Of a DNA stretch of 64,000 nt, positions 37,339 to 49,877 are shown one piece after another. The DNA comes from Protoeuglena noctilucae (lineage: Eukaryota): NCBI GenBank assembly GCA_958009085.1, contig OY253679.1, forward strand, positions 744,001 to 808,000, written 5' to 3'. The notes beneath the pieces are model-generated. The model was not told the DNA's origin. It did no database searches and worked only from the letters and a program-made list of their open reading frames with translations. Both the position numbers and the translations under genes were made by a program. Within the stretch, counting starts at the first letter, position 1. Each line of letters begins with the position of its first letter.

Positions 37339-37771
37339 AAGCTGTCAGTCCCACTCTGCTTACGAGCAGTCGTTTGCATAGGTTGAGCAGGCTGGCGTTG
37401 CATGTGCTGCATGCTTAAACTCGTACAGCACACGTCCCAGCGCATGTCCACGTGGGCCTGTGCACAAGCTTGTCGCACGTCTCGAAGAGGTCGGCAGCTG
37501 TAATGTGACGCACGTAGGCTCATCTCGGCGCTCGCCTTCCGTTCAAAGTGCGGCTAGAAAGGCAAGAGGTCGCAGCCCTGCACCCGCACCCGCACCTGCC
37601 TCCCTGGGGCACTACGCCTGTCACCCCTTACCGCACACACTGGGCCAGCGTCGGTCCCTTGGCCGCCTGCGCGCAGCGACGCGGTGAGTCGCCGTCAGAC
37701 CCACACCTGCAAGCGCCCATGCCTCAACTCTGCAACGTCCCCTGCCCGGCGCCTTCACTTGGCATGCGCGG

Positions 37772-39478
37772 TCAACCCGGCTGCCCACCCATGCGCAGAG
37801 CCTGTTCCACTCTGCGGTCGGCCAGCCGCTCCGCCAGCCGCCCCGCCACCTCGACCATGCAAGGTGAGTCGGTGATGGCGGCGCGGTGCGGTGTCCTGCC
37901 CCGCCTGTCCCGGGCCTCCAGGTCTGCCCCAGCGTCCACCAGCAGGTCTACGCACCGCGCGTGCCGGACCATGTGCAGGGCCGTCTGGCCCTTTCTATTG
38001 GCAGCGTTGGGGTCCGCCCCCGCCGCCAGCAACAGATGTGTCATCTCCACAGCCCACGTCTCTATGATGAATTGGACCGCATAGTGCAGAGCCATCCCAG
38101 ACTTCCTGCAATAATGGACGTCCGCGCCCCGCTCGAGCATCCCCCGGGCGGCGTCGATATGGCCGGCCTGGCAGGCTACCTGGAGTGGGGAATCCCTGAC
38201 CCCATCGCCTTGGACACTCACCCCGCGCGCTGCCAGCAGCCGCACCACATCCCTGGTCCCAGCGCGGTACATCGCGGTGAGTCCAAAAGTGTTTACACTT
38301 GCCATATTAGCCCCCAGCTCCAGCAGCGCCTCCACCACCCCCACATTGCCTCTGCCTGCTGCGCTGAGGAGAGGCGTGTCGCCATCCTCGTCATAACATG
38401 GGACGTCCACGGCCGCACCCGCCTCTGCCAGCCGCCGCACGACGCCCGGTGTCGGGCGGACACAACAGACTGCCGCCATTGTCTGATCCAAGCCATCTTC
38501 CCCGACCTGGGCCGATGCCCCCGCCTCCAGCAGCGCCTCCACCACCGCCTCGTGACCCTCAAATGCGGCATGCACCAACGCCGTCCACCAATCCAAAACA
38601 ATGTCGTCACATGCCGAATCGACCTCCGCCCCTGCTGCCAGGCATGCCTTGACCGCCTCCAAGCACCCCCGCATTGCGCAGTACGTCATCAACGGCCGTG
38701 CTCCCTGCAGCCGCCGGTTGACGTCGGCCCCCATCCCCACCGCCGCCCGCACCATCCGCGCCACCTCCTCGTCCCCCAGCGCGTACGCCCACTCCATCTC
38801 GCCATCCGCACCCCGCCCCACCGGCCTCGCCCGCACCGCCGCCATCAGCGGCGATTGGTCCACTTCGTTCTCATCAAGCACATCCCATGACATGGAGCTC
38901 ATGTCCGGCTCCTCCGTCACCAGCACCGCCAGCCACCACAGCCCCAAGCTCGCCAGGTGGTGCGCGTGCGACCCGCCAAAGGTGGCCACGAAGAACGGAC
39001 CGAACTTGAGCTCGTGGTCGTCCATACAAAATACGAAATACTCGAGGAAGCCCTCCCTATCGGCCTCCTCCTCCGTGGCACAGATGCCCCACTCGCTCCA
39101 CACCTCGTCCACCTCCTCGCGCATCTCCTGCGACACCGCACGCGCCGCCGTGGCGTCGCACAGCGGCACCAGCCGCAGAATCTCGCGATGCAGCTCTCCG
39201 GGCAGGTCGTTCCACCCTGCGCGCGCGATCGGGCCACGCGGGTTGCCGACGTGACCCTGCTGAAGTGACACCAAGGTGTCACGTCTGGCCTCGCTGCAGC
39301 GCCTCACCCACGCGCGGACGCCTCCGCTTGGTCTTCGACGCTCGCTTGGCCTTCGCAACGCCCGGCATTGCGGCCTCGTCTGCGGACACGCCCGCCGCGC
39401 ACCGTCACGACACTCCCCGTGCAACCAGCGCAGGCGCGGCGTCGGAGGCCTCCATGCCGGCCCCGCCCTGCCAAGCAA
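37772..39478 (-). CDS. N-terminal F-box plus C-terminal ankyrin-repeat protein; 1.7 kb uninterrupted ORF, true start uncertain
   Basis: F-box WNDLPGELHREILRLVPLCDATAARAVSQEMRE. Ankyrin repeats include TALVHAAFEGHEAVVEALLEAGA, GDTPLLSAAGRGNVGVVEALLELGA, SPLQVACQAGHIDAARGMLERGADV and GQTALHM..VDLLVDAGADLEARDRRGRTP. Confidence 0.85.
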   Translation of the reverse strand: MLGRAGPAWRPPTPRLRWLHGECRDGARRACPQTRPQCRALRRPSERRRPSGGVRAWVRRCSEARRDTLVSLQQGHVGNPRGPIARAGWNDLPGELHREILRLVPLCDATAARAVSQEMREEVDEVWSEWGICATEEEADREGFLEYFVFCMDDHELKFGPFFVATFGGSHAHHLASLGLWWLAVLVTEEPDMSSMSWDVLDENEVDQSPLMAAVRARPVGRGADGEMEWAYALGDEEVARMVRAAVGMGADVNRRLQGARPLMTYCAMRGCLEAVKACLAAGAEVDSACDDIVLDWWTALVHAAFEGHEAVVEALLEAGASAQVGEDGLDQTMAAVCCVRPTPGVVRRLAEAGAAVDVPCYDEDGDTPLLSAAGRGNVGVVEALLELGANMASVNTFGLTAMYRAGTRDVVRLLAARGVSVQGDGVRDSPLQVACQAGHIDAARGMLERGADVHYCRKSGMALHYAVQFIIETWAVEMTHLLLAAGADPNAANRKGQTALHMVRHARCVDLLVDAGADLEARDRRGRTPHRAAITDSPCMVEVAGRLAERLADRRVEQALRMGGQPG

Positions 39479-39938
39479 CTGCGATGTTTACTCACTCATC
39501 CTGCACCAGGCTCCTTCGGCCCCGGAGCAATGCGGTGCGGACGCCGGAAGGCCTCAGCTGCACTGCACTGTGTGACCAAGCTGGGTTGCGGCTCACTCCG
39601 CACGCGTGCTCACGACCGATGGCTCAGGCTTGCATCTGATCACTCGCAAAATGTGCGCTGCGCCGGGCCCGAGCCCCGCGACCGATGCCTGCATGCGGGG
39701 AAGACCCCGCCTTGCGTGTCACAAACGGCGGTCACTTCGGCAGCTTGTCTGTGGCTCCAGCAGGGAGTAGCAAGCCCCGCGAGCCAGGGAAGCACCAGCA
39801 CCAGGACGCCGCGTCGGCCGGCCCAACGGTATCGCTTCAATCGCCGTGGCAAGGCTGCTATGAAAGGGAAATTTCGCACATGGCACTGGATTGCTACCGC
39901 AGCGGGGCGGCACCCGCTGTCAGACATGCAAATGCTCC

Positions 39939-42900
39939 TCAAACATTGTGATCGCCGTTCGACTCCTTGTACTTGGCAGCCGCCTCCCCGGCACCACCGT
40001 ACTTCTGCGGGCAACGAGCGCAGGCAGCCCCGTCAGTCGACCCCCGCCGCACCCACCGCACCGCCACCCACGGCCTTCGCCACCCACTGCACTCGTGCCA
40101 CGTCCCCACCCCGCGCCTCACCTCCGCCGCGCGGTTGGCCTCCTCCGCCGCGTCGATGGCCTTCTGCATGCCCGCCAGAATCTCCTGAGCCTCCGCGCGG
40201 CTCTTGGCGTCCTTCAGGTCCTCCGCGTCGGCGGCCTCCTGGGCAGCCGCGTGCACGTCGCGGGCCAGCTGCAGGGGAGCAACCAAGGGACACGGTCACG
40301 CGTGGCGTGGCGGCATGGGCAGTGCGGGTGAGGGTGCCCCTCCTGCCGAGATCTATCTGATATCCCGATCCGCGCCCCCAACCCCGCCCTGGCTCGCCTG
40401 CTGAACGGACTGGCGGTCGACCGGGCCCCCGCCGCTCTTGGCCGAGCGGACCGAGGTGCGGGCGACCTGGAGTCGCTGGGACACGCGGGCGATGGAGGGC
40501 GCCGCGTTGGACATGCGCTCGAGGCGCTCCATGGCGTCGTTGGCTTTGCGCTCCAGGTGCTTGTGCTCGGCGTGGCCCATCGACGCCCTGCGGACACATG
40601 AGTGGCGGGGTCAGCTGGGGCGACACGCCCGCCCTGGCCGTGGCACAGCCCCACGCCATCCACAGGGCCCCTCCGTGCCCAGACCCCTCCGCCCGCGCTC
40701 ACCTGGACAGGGGGTGCTTCTTGTCCGCTGGGTTCTCGGCCCCGCGGATGTTGATGGCGTCGGAGGAGTTGACGTCGAAGATGTTGTACTTGCGCATGAT
40801 CTTGTAGCAGAGGATCTTGGCCACGTCCTGCACGCCCCACCAGAAGAGGCAGTAGAGCCACACGCCCACGAAGAGCTGCTGCTGCTGGCCGCCCAGGCCC
40901 AGGCCCTCGGTGTACACGCCGTCCGTCTTGCCCTTGGGCCACGCCGTGCCCAGGACTGCAGGGGTGGTGGAAGGGGCGGTGTGAGTGCTGGGTCAGGCGA
41001 GGGGTGGGGTAGTGTGCTGGGTCAGGGTCAGCCGGGGCGGGGACGCGTTGTTGGCTTGTGCAACGAGGTCGATGCCGCTGCCGCTCCGCCATTGCTGCCC
41101 CCCGCGCTCTCACTGGTGGAGATGGAGAGGGCGATGCAGCCGCCGCCCAGGAGGACCGGGTGGGGCCGGGACGTCCAGAAGAAGTCCTCGTGCGTGCGTG
41201 CGCTGAAGAGGGTGAGGAAGTCGGAGATGGAGATCTTGAGGTACATCATGGTGGTGACCTTACCGTAGGGGAGGGCGCCGATGCCCAGGCCGCGGAAGAC
41301 GCTGCCCTCGGAGGGGGAGTCGAGGCCCAGGTAGAGGAGGATGAGGGAGGAGATGAGGGCCACGAAGGCCAGGGTGATGGAGACGGTGAACTGCAAAGGT
41401 GGGGAGGAGAGGTAGGAGTGGTCATGGGTGGCTGAGAGAAGAGGGCTGCGGTCGGGTGTGCGTGTGTGCGCCCAACTGCGTGCCCCTGCTGCACCCCCCG
41501 CCTGCGCCCTCACCAGGGCACGCAGGCGCCACTTCTCGGGCCTCCTGGCCGGGATGACGTTGTCGTAGCCAATGGAGATGAGCGTGCCGTCGTTGAGGAG
41601 CGTGATGAGCATGAGCATGATGACGGGGAGGGAGAAGAAGTCCGGGATGGTGTCGAGGTGCTTGGCGCACGCGTCGCCCGTGTAGCCGAACTTGGCGCAC
41701 GTGTAGTACTTCTTGGGGTCGAAGGCGAACACGGCGATGACGAAGAAGAGCAGCAGCTGGAACGTGGCGGCGATACTGGGGGCAGTTGGAGGGGTTGGGG
41801 TCGGTGGTTGCTGGTGATGCGAGCGGCGGCGACCCAGGGGCTGCGTGAGGGGCAGGGCCTCCCCCGGCGTCTCACCGGTACGTGAGGAAGCTCTTCATGC
41901 GCCCGAAGATGGTGCGGGCGATGAGGATGGCGTGGATGATGGTCGATAGGCCCGGCTCGGTCAGCACGATGTCGGCGGCGGCGCGGGCGGCGTCCGTGGC
42001 GCCGGCCACGGCAATGCCCACGTCCGCCCACTTGAGGGCCGGGGCGTCGTTCACACCGTCGCCCGTCATGCCCACCGCGAAGCCTTGGGGGGGGGCGCGA
42101 AGGCGGCATTGAGGGTCTGGCACGTCATACACCCAGGGTGCACGACAAACCGACGCCCTGTCCAAACCACAAAGGGATGACGCAACTCTTTGGCACTCTG
42201 TCATGCTCACCTGACTGGCGGAGCGTCTCGACGATGAGGGACTTGTGCTGGGGGAACACCTGGGCGAACCCGTCCGTCTCGTAGATCTTCTTCCCGTACT
42301 TCTCGGCCAGGTCCTTGGGGATCTTGTTGTCCTCCGTCATGTTGGGGAGGTCGTGGGGGCCCTCGACGTTGTCGCGCATGCCCAGCATGCGGCACATCTC
42401 CTTGGCGATGAGCATGTGGTCACCCGTGATCATCTTCACGTCCACGCCCAGCTCCAGGGCCTGGGTGATCGTCTCCTGGAGAAACAGAGGGGCAGGCGGG
42501 CGTGGGCGCGCATGGCAGGGTGCAGGGAACAGGGGGCAGGGGGCAGGTGGCGGGGCGCAGGTGACTGGCACGCAGTGTGCCATGGTCTGGCCAAGGCGCA
42601 GTTGGCTGGCAAGCCCCCCACACCTTGGTGTCCGGCCGCGGGGGATCGAGGAACGTCAGCAGCCCGGCCATCTCCCACGAGCCGTCCTGGATGGTGCGTG
42701 CCACTGCGGCCGAGGTCGCGAGGCAGTGCCCGGTCACAGCCACGTCACACCCACGCGCCCCGCACCCACGCCGCCCGCTCTAGGGTTACCGCGCCCCTCC
42801 CGGTCTCACCGGCCAGGCAGCGGATGCCGCGGCGCGCCAGGTCCTCCACGATGGCGTCAAAGGCCTCCTCGATCTTGCCCTTGTTGTGGACCATCTTGAG

Positions 42901-45343
42901 GATGACGTGGGGGGCGCCCTTGGTCACCTTGAACTCCTGGCCGTCGGGGCCGACGAGGGTGGCCTCCGTGCGCTTGGTGGTGGGGTCGAAGGGGAGGTAG
43001 TTGGTCTGCTTGTACTGGTCGCAGGCGTTGAGGTCGGCGATGCCGAGCACCATGGTGTCCAGGGCGTCACGGGGGGGCTCGCGCCACTGCAGGGAGTCGG
43101 GCGGGGTGTCAGGTGTCGGGTGAGCGCAGGCTCGCGCTGGGGTGAGTCACTACAGTGGGGATGAAGCAGCGCCTACGGAGGGCAGAGCTGAGATGGCAGG
43201 CTTGCACGTCGAGAGAGCGCCCTTGCTGCTCTGGCCGCGCGGCACACCGTCCTCCGCCTGGCGCCCCATGCCTCTCCAACTGGTCACCTTGGCGGCCAGG
43301 GCCGAGAGGAGGATGACGGTGTCGCGGTCCATGCCGGCCATGAAGGTGGGGCAGTACTCCTGCACCTCCATCTTGTTCATCGTGAGCGTGCCTGGGGGCG
43401 GGAGGGGAGGCGCCACGGTCGCTGGGCCGGCGGGTGCGCAGCGACCCAGGCAGGATCCGCGCCGTGCGGTCCCTCACCCGTCTTGTCCGAGCACAGGATG
43501 TTCATGCCGGCCATCTCCTCGATGGCGCCCAGCCGCGTGACGATGGCGCCGTGGGTGGCGAGCTGGCGGGAGCCGAGGGCCAGGGTTGTGGTGACGACGA
43601 TCTCGATGGCGATGGGGATGGAGGCAACGAGGACGATCACGGTGAAGTCGACGGCCTGCTTGGCGTCGACCTTCTTGCCCATGAGGTAGCCGAACGACGC
43701 GAAGCACAGCACGAACGACACGCACAGCAGCACGATCATGATGGTCATGATGAGCTTCTGCAGGTGCCCGATGCCGCCGACCAGCTGGATGAGCGCGGCC
43801 GTCTTGCCGAACTCCGTGTCCTTGCCCGTGAACTCCACCGTGGCCTCCACCTCCCCCCGCACCACGGTGGTGCCCATCAGGCACTTGCCGCCGGCCACCT
43901 TGGTCGCCGGGAGCGACTCCCCATTGATGGCCGACTGGTCCACGTCGATCTGGCCGTCGTTCACGAAGCAGTCGGCCGGCACGTTGGAGCCCGAGCCCAG
44001 CAGCACCAGGTCCCCGGGGACCAGGAGGGCCGCGTCCATCGTCTGCCACTGGCCGTCGCGCTTCACCGTCGCCTTGGGCTTCAGCGACGCCTTGAGGGCG
44101 GCCACTGCGGGCAGGGGCGCGGGGCCATGGTACCGTGGGGCCGCGCGGACCCATTGAGACGCACAAAGCACACGCGTCCGGCGCCGACGCCGCACCCGCG
44201 TCTCCTGCTTTGGTCGTCTCGTGCCACCCGATCGTCGCGTTGGAGAACTGGATGACGAGGAGCAGCGCGGCGTCCACCCAGTTCTGGATGCCGAACTCGA
44301 TCACGACGGCCATCCAAATCATGATGGGCATGGGGCCATAGAGCTGCTCCAGGTAAATCCTACAAAGAGGGACGCGGCGGGCGCTCATCGGACGCCAAAT
44401 GCGCCGCGCGGCCGTCCCGCGGCCCGGCAAGCTAACGCCCAGGGTTGCGCCACGGCGCGCGCCGAGGGCGCTCCGAAACGGCCGAGACCTGCGCGGCGCA
44501 CTCAAGATATCAATATGAGATCGCAGAGCCCCCCGCAACTCGCCTGAACTTGCTCTTGTGCTTCTCCTCCAGCTCATTCCTCCCATACTGCTCCAGGCGG
44601 CGCGCGGCCTCTGCGAACGCCGACGCGGGGCGACGGTGGGCTCCGCAGAGTCCTGAATAAAGATCCAGGCGGGCGGGCGGCGGGCAAGGCCAGGTGCGCG
44701 GCCCTGGGCGGCGCTCCGCCCGCGGAATGCCCCGGCGAGGTATGCGGGGCACGCGGCCGAGGGCGCGGCCACGGACGGAAAACGGGCGCATAGCCTCGGC
44801 ACACGGGACGCGATCCAATCTCCCTAGCCGAATCACGGGCGGCGGCGGCGGGGCAGGCGCCGGGGACGCCGGTTGGCGACGCAAGGGCCCCATGGCCCCT
44901 GCAAGGCCAACGCCGCGCGCCCCCGGGCATCACGCGGGCGCAGCGAGCGCCCCGACGTGATGCTATCAAACTACCACGGCGCTGCGGCCGCAAAGGCCCC
45001 GCGGCGCCCCGGGGGCCGGTCCGCATGGGCCGCAACGCCAGCCGATCCCCCGCAGGCCAGGCGAGGCGCAGGGGCCCCGCAGCGCGGACTGCTGGAAACC
45101 ATGGCCGAAAAGTCTCGCGGGAGGCCCGAATGCGGCCGCGCGCGGGCGCGGGCGGCGCCCCCACAACACTGCACGTTTCCGCGCGACGGCCCGCGCAGCC
45201 GGAGGCGTCAAGGCGCCCCGCCACGCGGAGGGCGGAGCGATCTTTGCGATTACAGCCGAACGGGGCGGGCACGCACCCGCGGAGTCCAGCCCGTGGCTGA
45301 CTTTCAGCTGACTGACGTCCACTGCGCCGGTGTCGTGCCCCAT
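39939..45343 (-). CDS. PMA: Plasma-membrane P-type H+-ATPase (P3A), multi-exon
   Basis: Motifs [94 protein letters not shown] and [15 protein letters not shown]. Two GC-AG introns. Confidence 0.97.
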
Positions 45344-45530
45344 CTTCGATGGTCGTGAGAGGGACCGGGACACCGGAGCTGCCTCGGCCTGCCGGGCGCT
45401 GCCGACACTTGGAGGACGCGGCGACTGACGATGACGGAACTGGCGTGTCGGAACACCAGTTTTACTGGAGCCCCCGTCATCCGCCCGGCGGCGGGCCTAC
45501 CCCGCCATCAAGACGAATCTTTGCTTCGGG

Positions 45531-47263
45531 ATGCTCCTAACCCTGCAAGTCAACGCTGTCGCGCTGGACGGGTCCCACGAGAGCGCGACCGTCCAGGTGG
45601 ATCCCCAGGTGAGTGTGCGCGCCTGGCCGTTCCCTTGTGATGCGTTGGGCGCTCGGAGGCATGCGCCGGCGCGTCCAGGGCCGCACCTGTCCATCCACGC
45701 AGGACGCAGTCGCCTCGCTACGCACATCGCGAGTGGGAGATGACTGGAACGCCATCTACCTGTTCCACGGAAGGAGGCTGGACCCCTCCGAGGCCATAGG
45801 CCGATGGTGAGCGGTGGAGCAGGCGGTGCGGCGCGGAGGCGGTCTGCCGCACGCAGGCACTACTCGGCGAGGCCCTAGCATCCCCAGCCCCTTCCTCGCA
45901 GCGGTCTTTCCGATGGTGACACGGTCCATGTCGTCCAGCGCCTCGTTGGCGCCCGCTCCACGTCCGCTGATACGGCCAGGAGGTTGCAGGGTCAGCACCT
46001 GTTCGAGGCTCTCGATGCGCATCTGGCGTCGCTCGACACCACGCTGAGGAGCTACCGAGATCATGACGGTCACCACCTCTCCGAGGCTCTGGATGGGCGT
46101 TCGGCGTCGCTTGACCACCGAAATGACGAGTCGCCGAACAACGCGTCAGTGGCCCACCCGCACGTGCGGTGCGATGGCTGCATGGTGTGCCCCATCGTCG
46201 GCACGCGCTTCAAGAGCGTGACGCGGCCCAACTACGACCTATGCGCGGTGTGCCACCAGGGAGGTAGGTATCGGGGAGCCGGGCCGTTCACCGCCATCCT
46301 GACGCCTCTCATTGAGGCGGTGACAGTGGCAGACAGGCGCCGGAGCCGGGCCGAGGCGCAACAGGCCCTGGCGCGAGGCATCGGTAGCGTCGCTGCGAGG
46401 AACCCCGGCGCAGGTTTGCCTGGTGAGACGCGCTTTGCGCTTTGAGAGCGTGGCGCAAAACTTCCGCCCCGCCCATCGCGCCGCCTGCAACCTCCCCCGG
46501 TCCCCTTCCCTTTCGCCCGCAGCAGAAACGTCGAGGCCAGGGTGGCCGGGGCCCACGGGGGAAGAGGCCGTGGCCTTGTCTGGGGTAGCCGTCGCGGACC
46601 TGCTAGCCCGGGCAGCGGGGCTCCTCGAGTCGGGGCTGGCACCCCTGTTGCGTGAGAGCGCCGCCTCGCTGCGTGCACACGGAGAGCAGGGCATCGGTGA
46701 GCAGCTCTGAGGACTAAGGAGATGATCGGGTACGCTCAAAACCCTACATGCGAGAAGGCCTCTCTTTCGCCTGGCCTCCCGCAGGGCACCCCGAGGCGCT
46801 CTACGCGGCCCAGGCGTCGTCCCTCCGCGCCAACAGCGCACTCCACGCCGCGGGCGCCGTGGCGCTCGACCTGGCGAGGGCGTGCCAGGCCCTCAGCGCG
46901 TCCTTCGAGGGCCGCGGGCTCGACGGCCGCCCCCAGTCCCCCATCAACATGGAGCCCAGCGCAGACGCCGTCGCGGCGGCCGTGCCGAGGTTCCTCGGCG
47001 GCAGCGGGGTCCTGCCGTACGGGGTCCGCGCGATGCCGGGGGCGCAGGGCGGCGTGGCAGCGGCGGGGTTCGGGCTTGGCAATGGCATGCCCGTCAGCGT
47101 ACGCGTGGCGGGGGGACCGCTGCCCGTCCCTCTTGGCGCCTTCCCCTTGCCCGAGTCTATCCTCTGGAACGAATTTTTCGGCCCCTTTCCGGGGCGCCCG
47201 GGCGAGGGAGGGCAGAGGGGCGAGGGGGAGCGCCAACCGCCCCCATCTCACCCACAGAGCTAG
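45531..47263 (+). CDS. Ubiquitin-like domain + ZZ zinc finger protein with BAG6/CIP73-like C-terminal region, multi-exon
   Basis: UBL: MLLTLQVNAVALDGS..VQVDPQDAVASLR..YLFHGRRLDPSEAIGRCGLSDGDTVHVVQRL. ZZ finger: HPHVRCDGCMVCPIVGTRFKSVTRPNYDLCAVC. Distal LADLL..LHAAGAVALDLARA..PINMEP-type segment. Confidence 0.7.
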
Positions 47264-47369
47264 ATGCAGATGTGTCCTTGCCCTATCTATGGGCTCTTCG
47301 ACTGCCATTTTCAATACCGCAGCAGCCCGCCACGGGTCGCGTGACTAACCCTGAAGTCCCCTCGCCCGC

Positions 47370-49557
47370 CTAGTGGCAGCCGCACCCATGCGCCGCCTGC
47401 TTGGGGGTCCCGGCCCCCGCCTGGCTCCCGCCCCCGCAGCACCCGGTCCCCTGCGCCACCCCAGCCCCCGCCACGGCCGCTCCCGCCGCCCCCCACTCGC
47501 TCCCGTTGGACGTGGCCCCTCCGGACTGGTAGGGCATGAAGGCCGGCCGCGACGTCAGCCCCAGCTCCTCAAACATCTCCGCGTCCTCGTTCCTGTCGTT
47601 GTTGGCCGTGGTCAGGAGGCGGTCCCCATCGAAGACGCTGTTGGCCCCGGCCAGGAAGGCCAGCGCCTGGTCGGACTGCGGGGAGGGCGGGGACAGGTGC
47701 GGGAATGAGACGAGGGTGAGCGGGACAGGGTGAGCGGGGGAGGGCGATGTGGTGGTAAGGACCTACCTTGGAGAGTCCGATGCGGCCGGCCGAGAGGCGC
47801 ACGACGGTGCGGGGCATGACGACGCGTGCCGTGGCGATGCACCGGACGAAGTCGAAAGGCGTCGGGGGCCTCTGCTGCTCGAGGGGCGTGCCCTTGATGG
47901 CCACGAGCGAGTTGATGGGCACGCTCTCAGGGTGCACGGGGAGGGTCGCCAGCTGGTGCAGCAGGCCGATGCGGTCCTGGTCGGCCTCCCTGGGCGCGAG
48001 GGGAAGAGGGACGAGCGGGTCGCGAGAGGCTCAAGTCGCTGTCTCCCTGCCGAGATGTGCATGCGTGCCCGACCCGCTGGCAAGAGCCCCGCGCCTCACC
48101 CCAGCCCAATGATGCCCCCCGCGCAGACCGAGATGCCCGCCTCCCGCACGTTCTGCAGCGTGGTCAGCCGGTCCTCGTACCGCCGCGTCGTGGTGATCTT
48201 GCCGTAGTACTCGGGGGACGTGTCCAGGTTGTGGTTGTAGGCCGTCAGGCCCGCCTCGCGCAGCTCCCGGGCCTGCTGCGGGGTCAGCATCCCGAGCGTC
48301 GTGCACACCTCCATGCCCAGCCCCCGGATCTTCCGCACCATCTCCAGCACCCTCTGCCACTGCCGCGACTGCTGGTCCGCCCCGATCTGCGAAGGGCCCC
48401 GCCACGCCGCCCCCATGCAGAAGCGCGTGGAGCCGGACTCCTTGGCCCGGACCGCGGCCTCGTACACCTCGTCCAGGTTCATCAGCTTGGTGGCCTGGGT
48501 GCCTGGGCGTGGGCCGGAGGGGGGTAGGGCGGTCGAGGGGGGTGGGGCGACCGCGCAAGCCATGCTCGAGGCAACGTGCGAGGTGTCGGTGCGCTCCGAC
48601 GCCCGCCGCGGACAGGGACGGCCAGCGGCAGGCTTTGAATACGCGCCGGTGATTTGCTCTGGCACCCCTGAATGCGCCCGGGGCCACGGGAGGCGCGGGC
48701 GAAAGAAAGGTGCGCGGCGGCGCGAGGCTTCCCGTCCGCGCGGCGCCCTCACCGGTGCTCTCGGACCAGGAGCTGGACTGGGAGCAGTAGGAGCAGTTCT
48801 CGGGGCAGCCGCCCGTCTTGATGGACAGGAGCGTGCAGCGCTGCACCATCCGCGGGTCGTGGTGCATCCGGTGGACCGCGGCCGCCGAGTGGACCAGGTC
48901 GAGGAAGGGAGTGTGGTAGACCTCCGACACCTCCTCGCGCGTCCAGTCCGTGCGGACGGCGCCGAGGTCGCGCTTCCACCGTGGGACCTGCGCGAAGGAG
49001 CAGAGGTCGGGCCTCGCGGTCGGGCCAGCATAAGCGCTGCGCGCCTATGGCGGCAGTCGCGTGTCGGAAGCATAAGGGGGCGGGGGCCAGTCGCGCTGCG
49101 GCAGGAGGGCGCTGTCGACCGGAAACCGCCGATGTAGGGAGCAGAGGGTTTGGGGGCGCTCAAACCTCGCGCCTATCGCGCTGCGAGCTGCGCGATTGCT
49201 ACATCGCATCATATGATTCACTTGCGGCGCGTGAGGGGACCCACGCGAGCCGCTCCCTCCCACCCTTGCGCCTCGGGCCTCTGGCGGCACCCCCCGCGCG
49301 CGCAGGGACCCTCTGGACGGCGCAGGCCACGACCGTGCGAAATATATGTATCGAATTGAGCCGGGGACGTCGACGAGATGGCGCGCCGTCACCTCCGGGG
49401 CCTCCTCGATGGGAGCAGGCTGCGCTGCGCTCTGGTTGCTCGTGCTCGTCCCCGAGGCGAGCCGCCTGGACAGCTCTCCGCAGAGTCCCATCGTCGCTGA
49501 GACGGGGAGCCCCAGGGCGGCCCGGGCCTGCAGCGCCAGCATCCCCGCCGCGTGCAT
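47370..49557 (-). CDS. BIO2: Biotin synthase (radical SAM), multi-exon, with organellar-presequence-like N-terminus
   Basis: Motifs [19 protein letters not shown] (CxxxCxxC), [52 protein letters not shown] and [16 protein letters not shown]. Confidence 0.97.
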
Positions 49558-49877
49558 CCCCGCGACCCCTTGGTATTCCTCCGGCTGTCGCCTGCTCTCC
49601 AAGCTGTTCGGCGCAAGATCGACGCACAGACGAGGATGAATGACCGGACGACGAGCACTGAATGCGCAACCGCGCGCGCGAGGTCAAGAAACAGCGGACG
49701 ATGCAACGCCAGTCCGTGCGGTCAGACCGGTCCAGAATGGCTCGAATCTCGCAGCCCAGCGCGTGCATTCCGCAAGTTGCATGGTGTAGAGCCAACGCGC
49801 TTCGTTCCTCGTTTGGCCTCACAATCGCCCTCATACGTGAGCTCTCGCCACGCAAGCCCGCCACCTGCGACAGAGAA

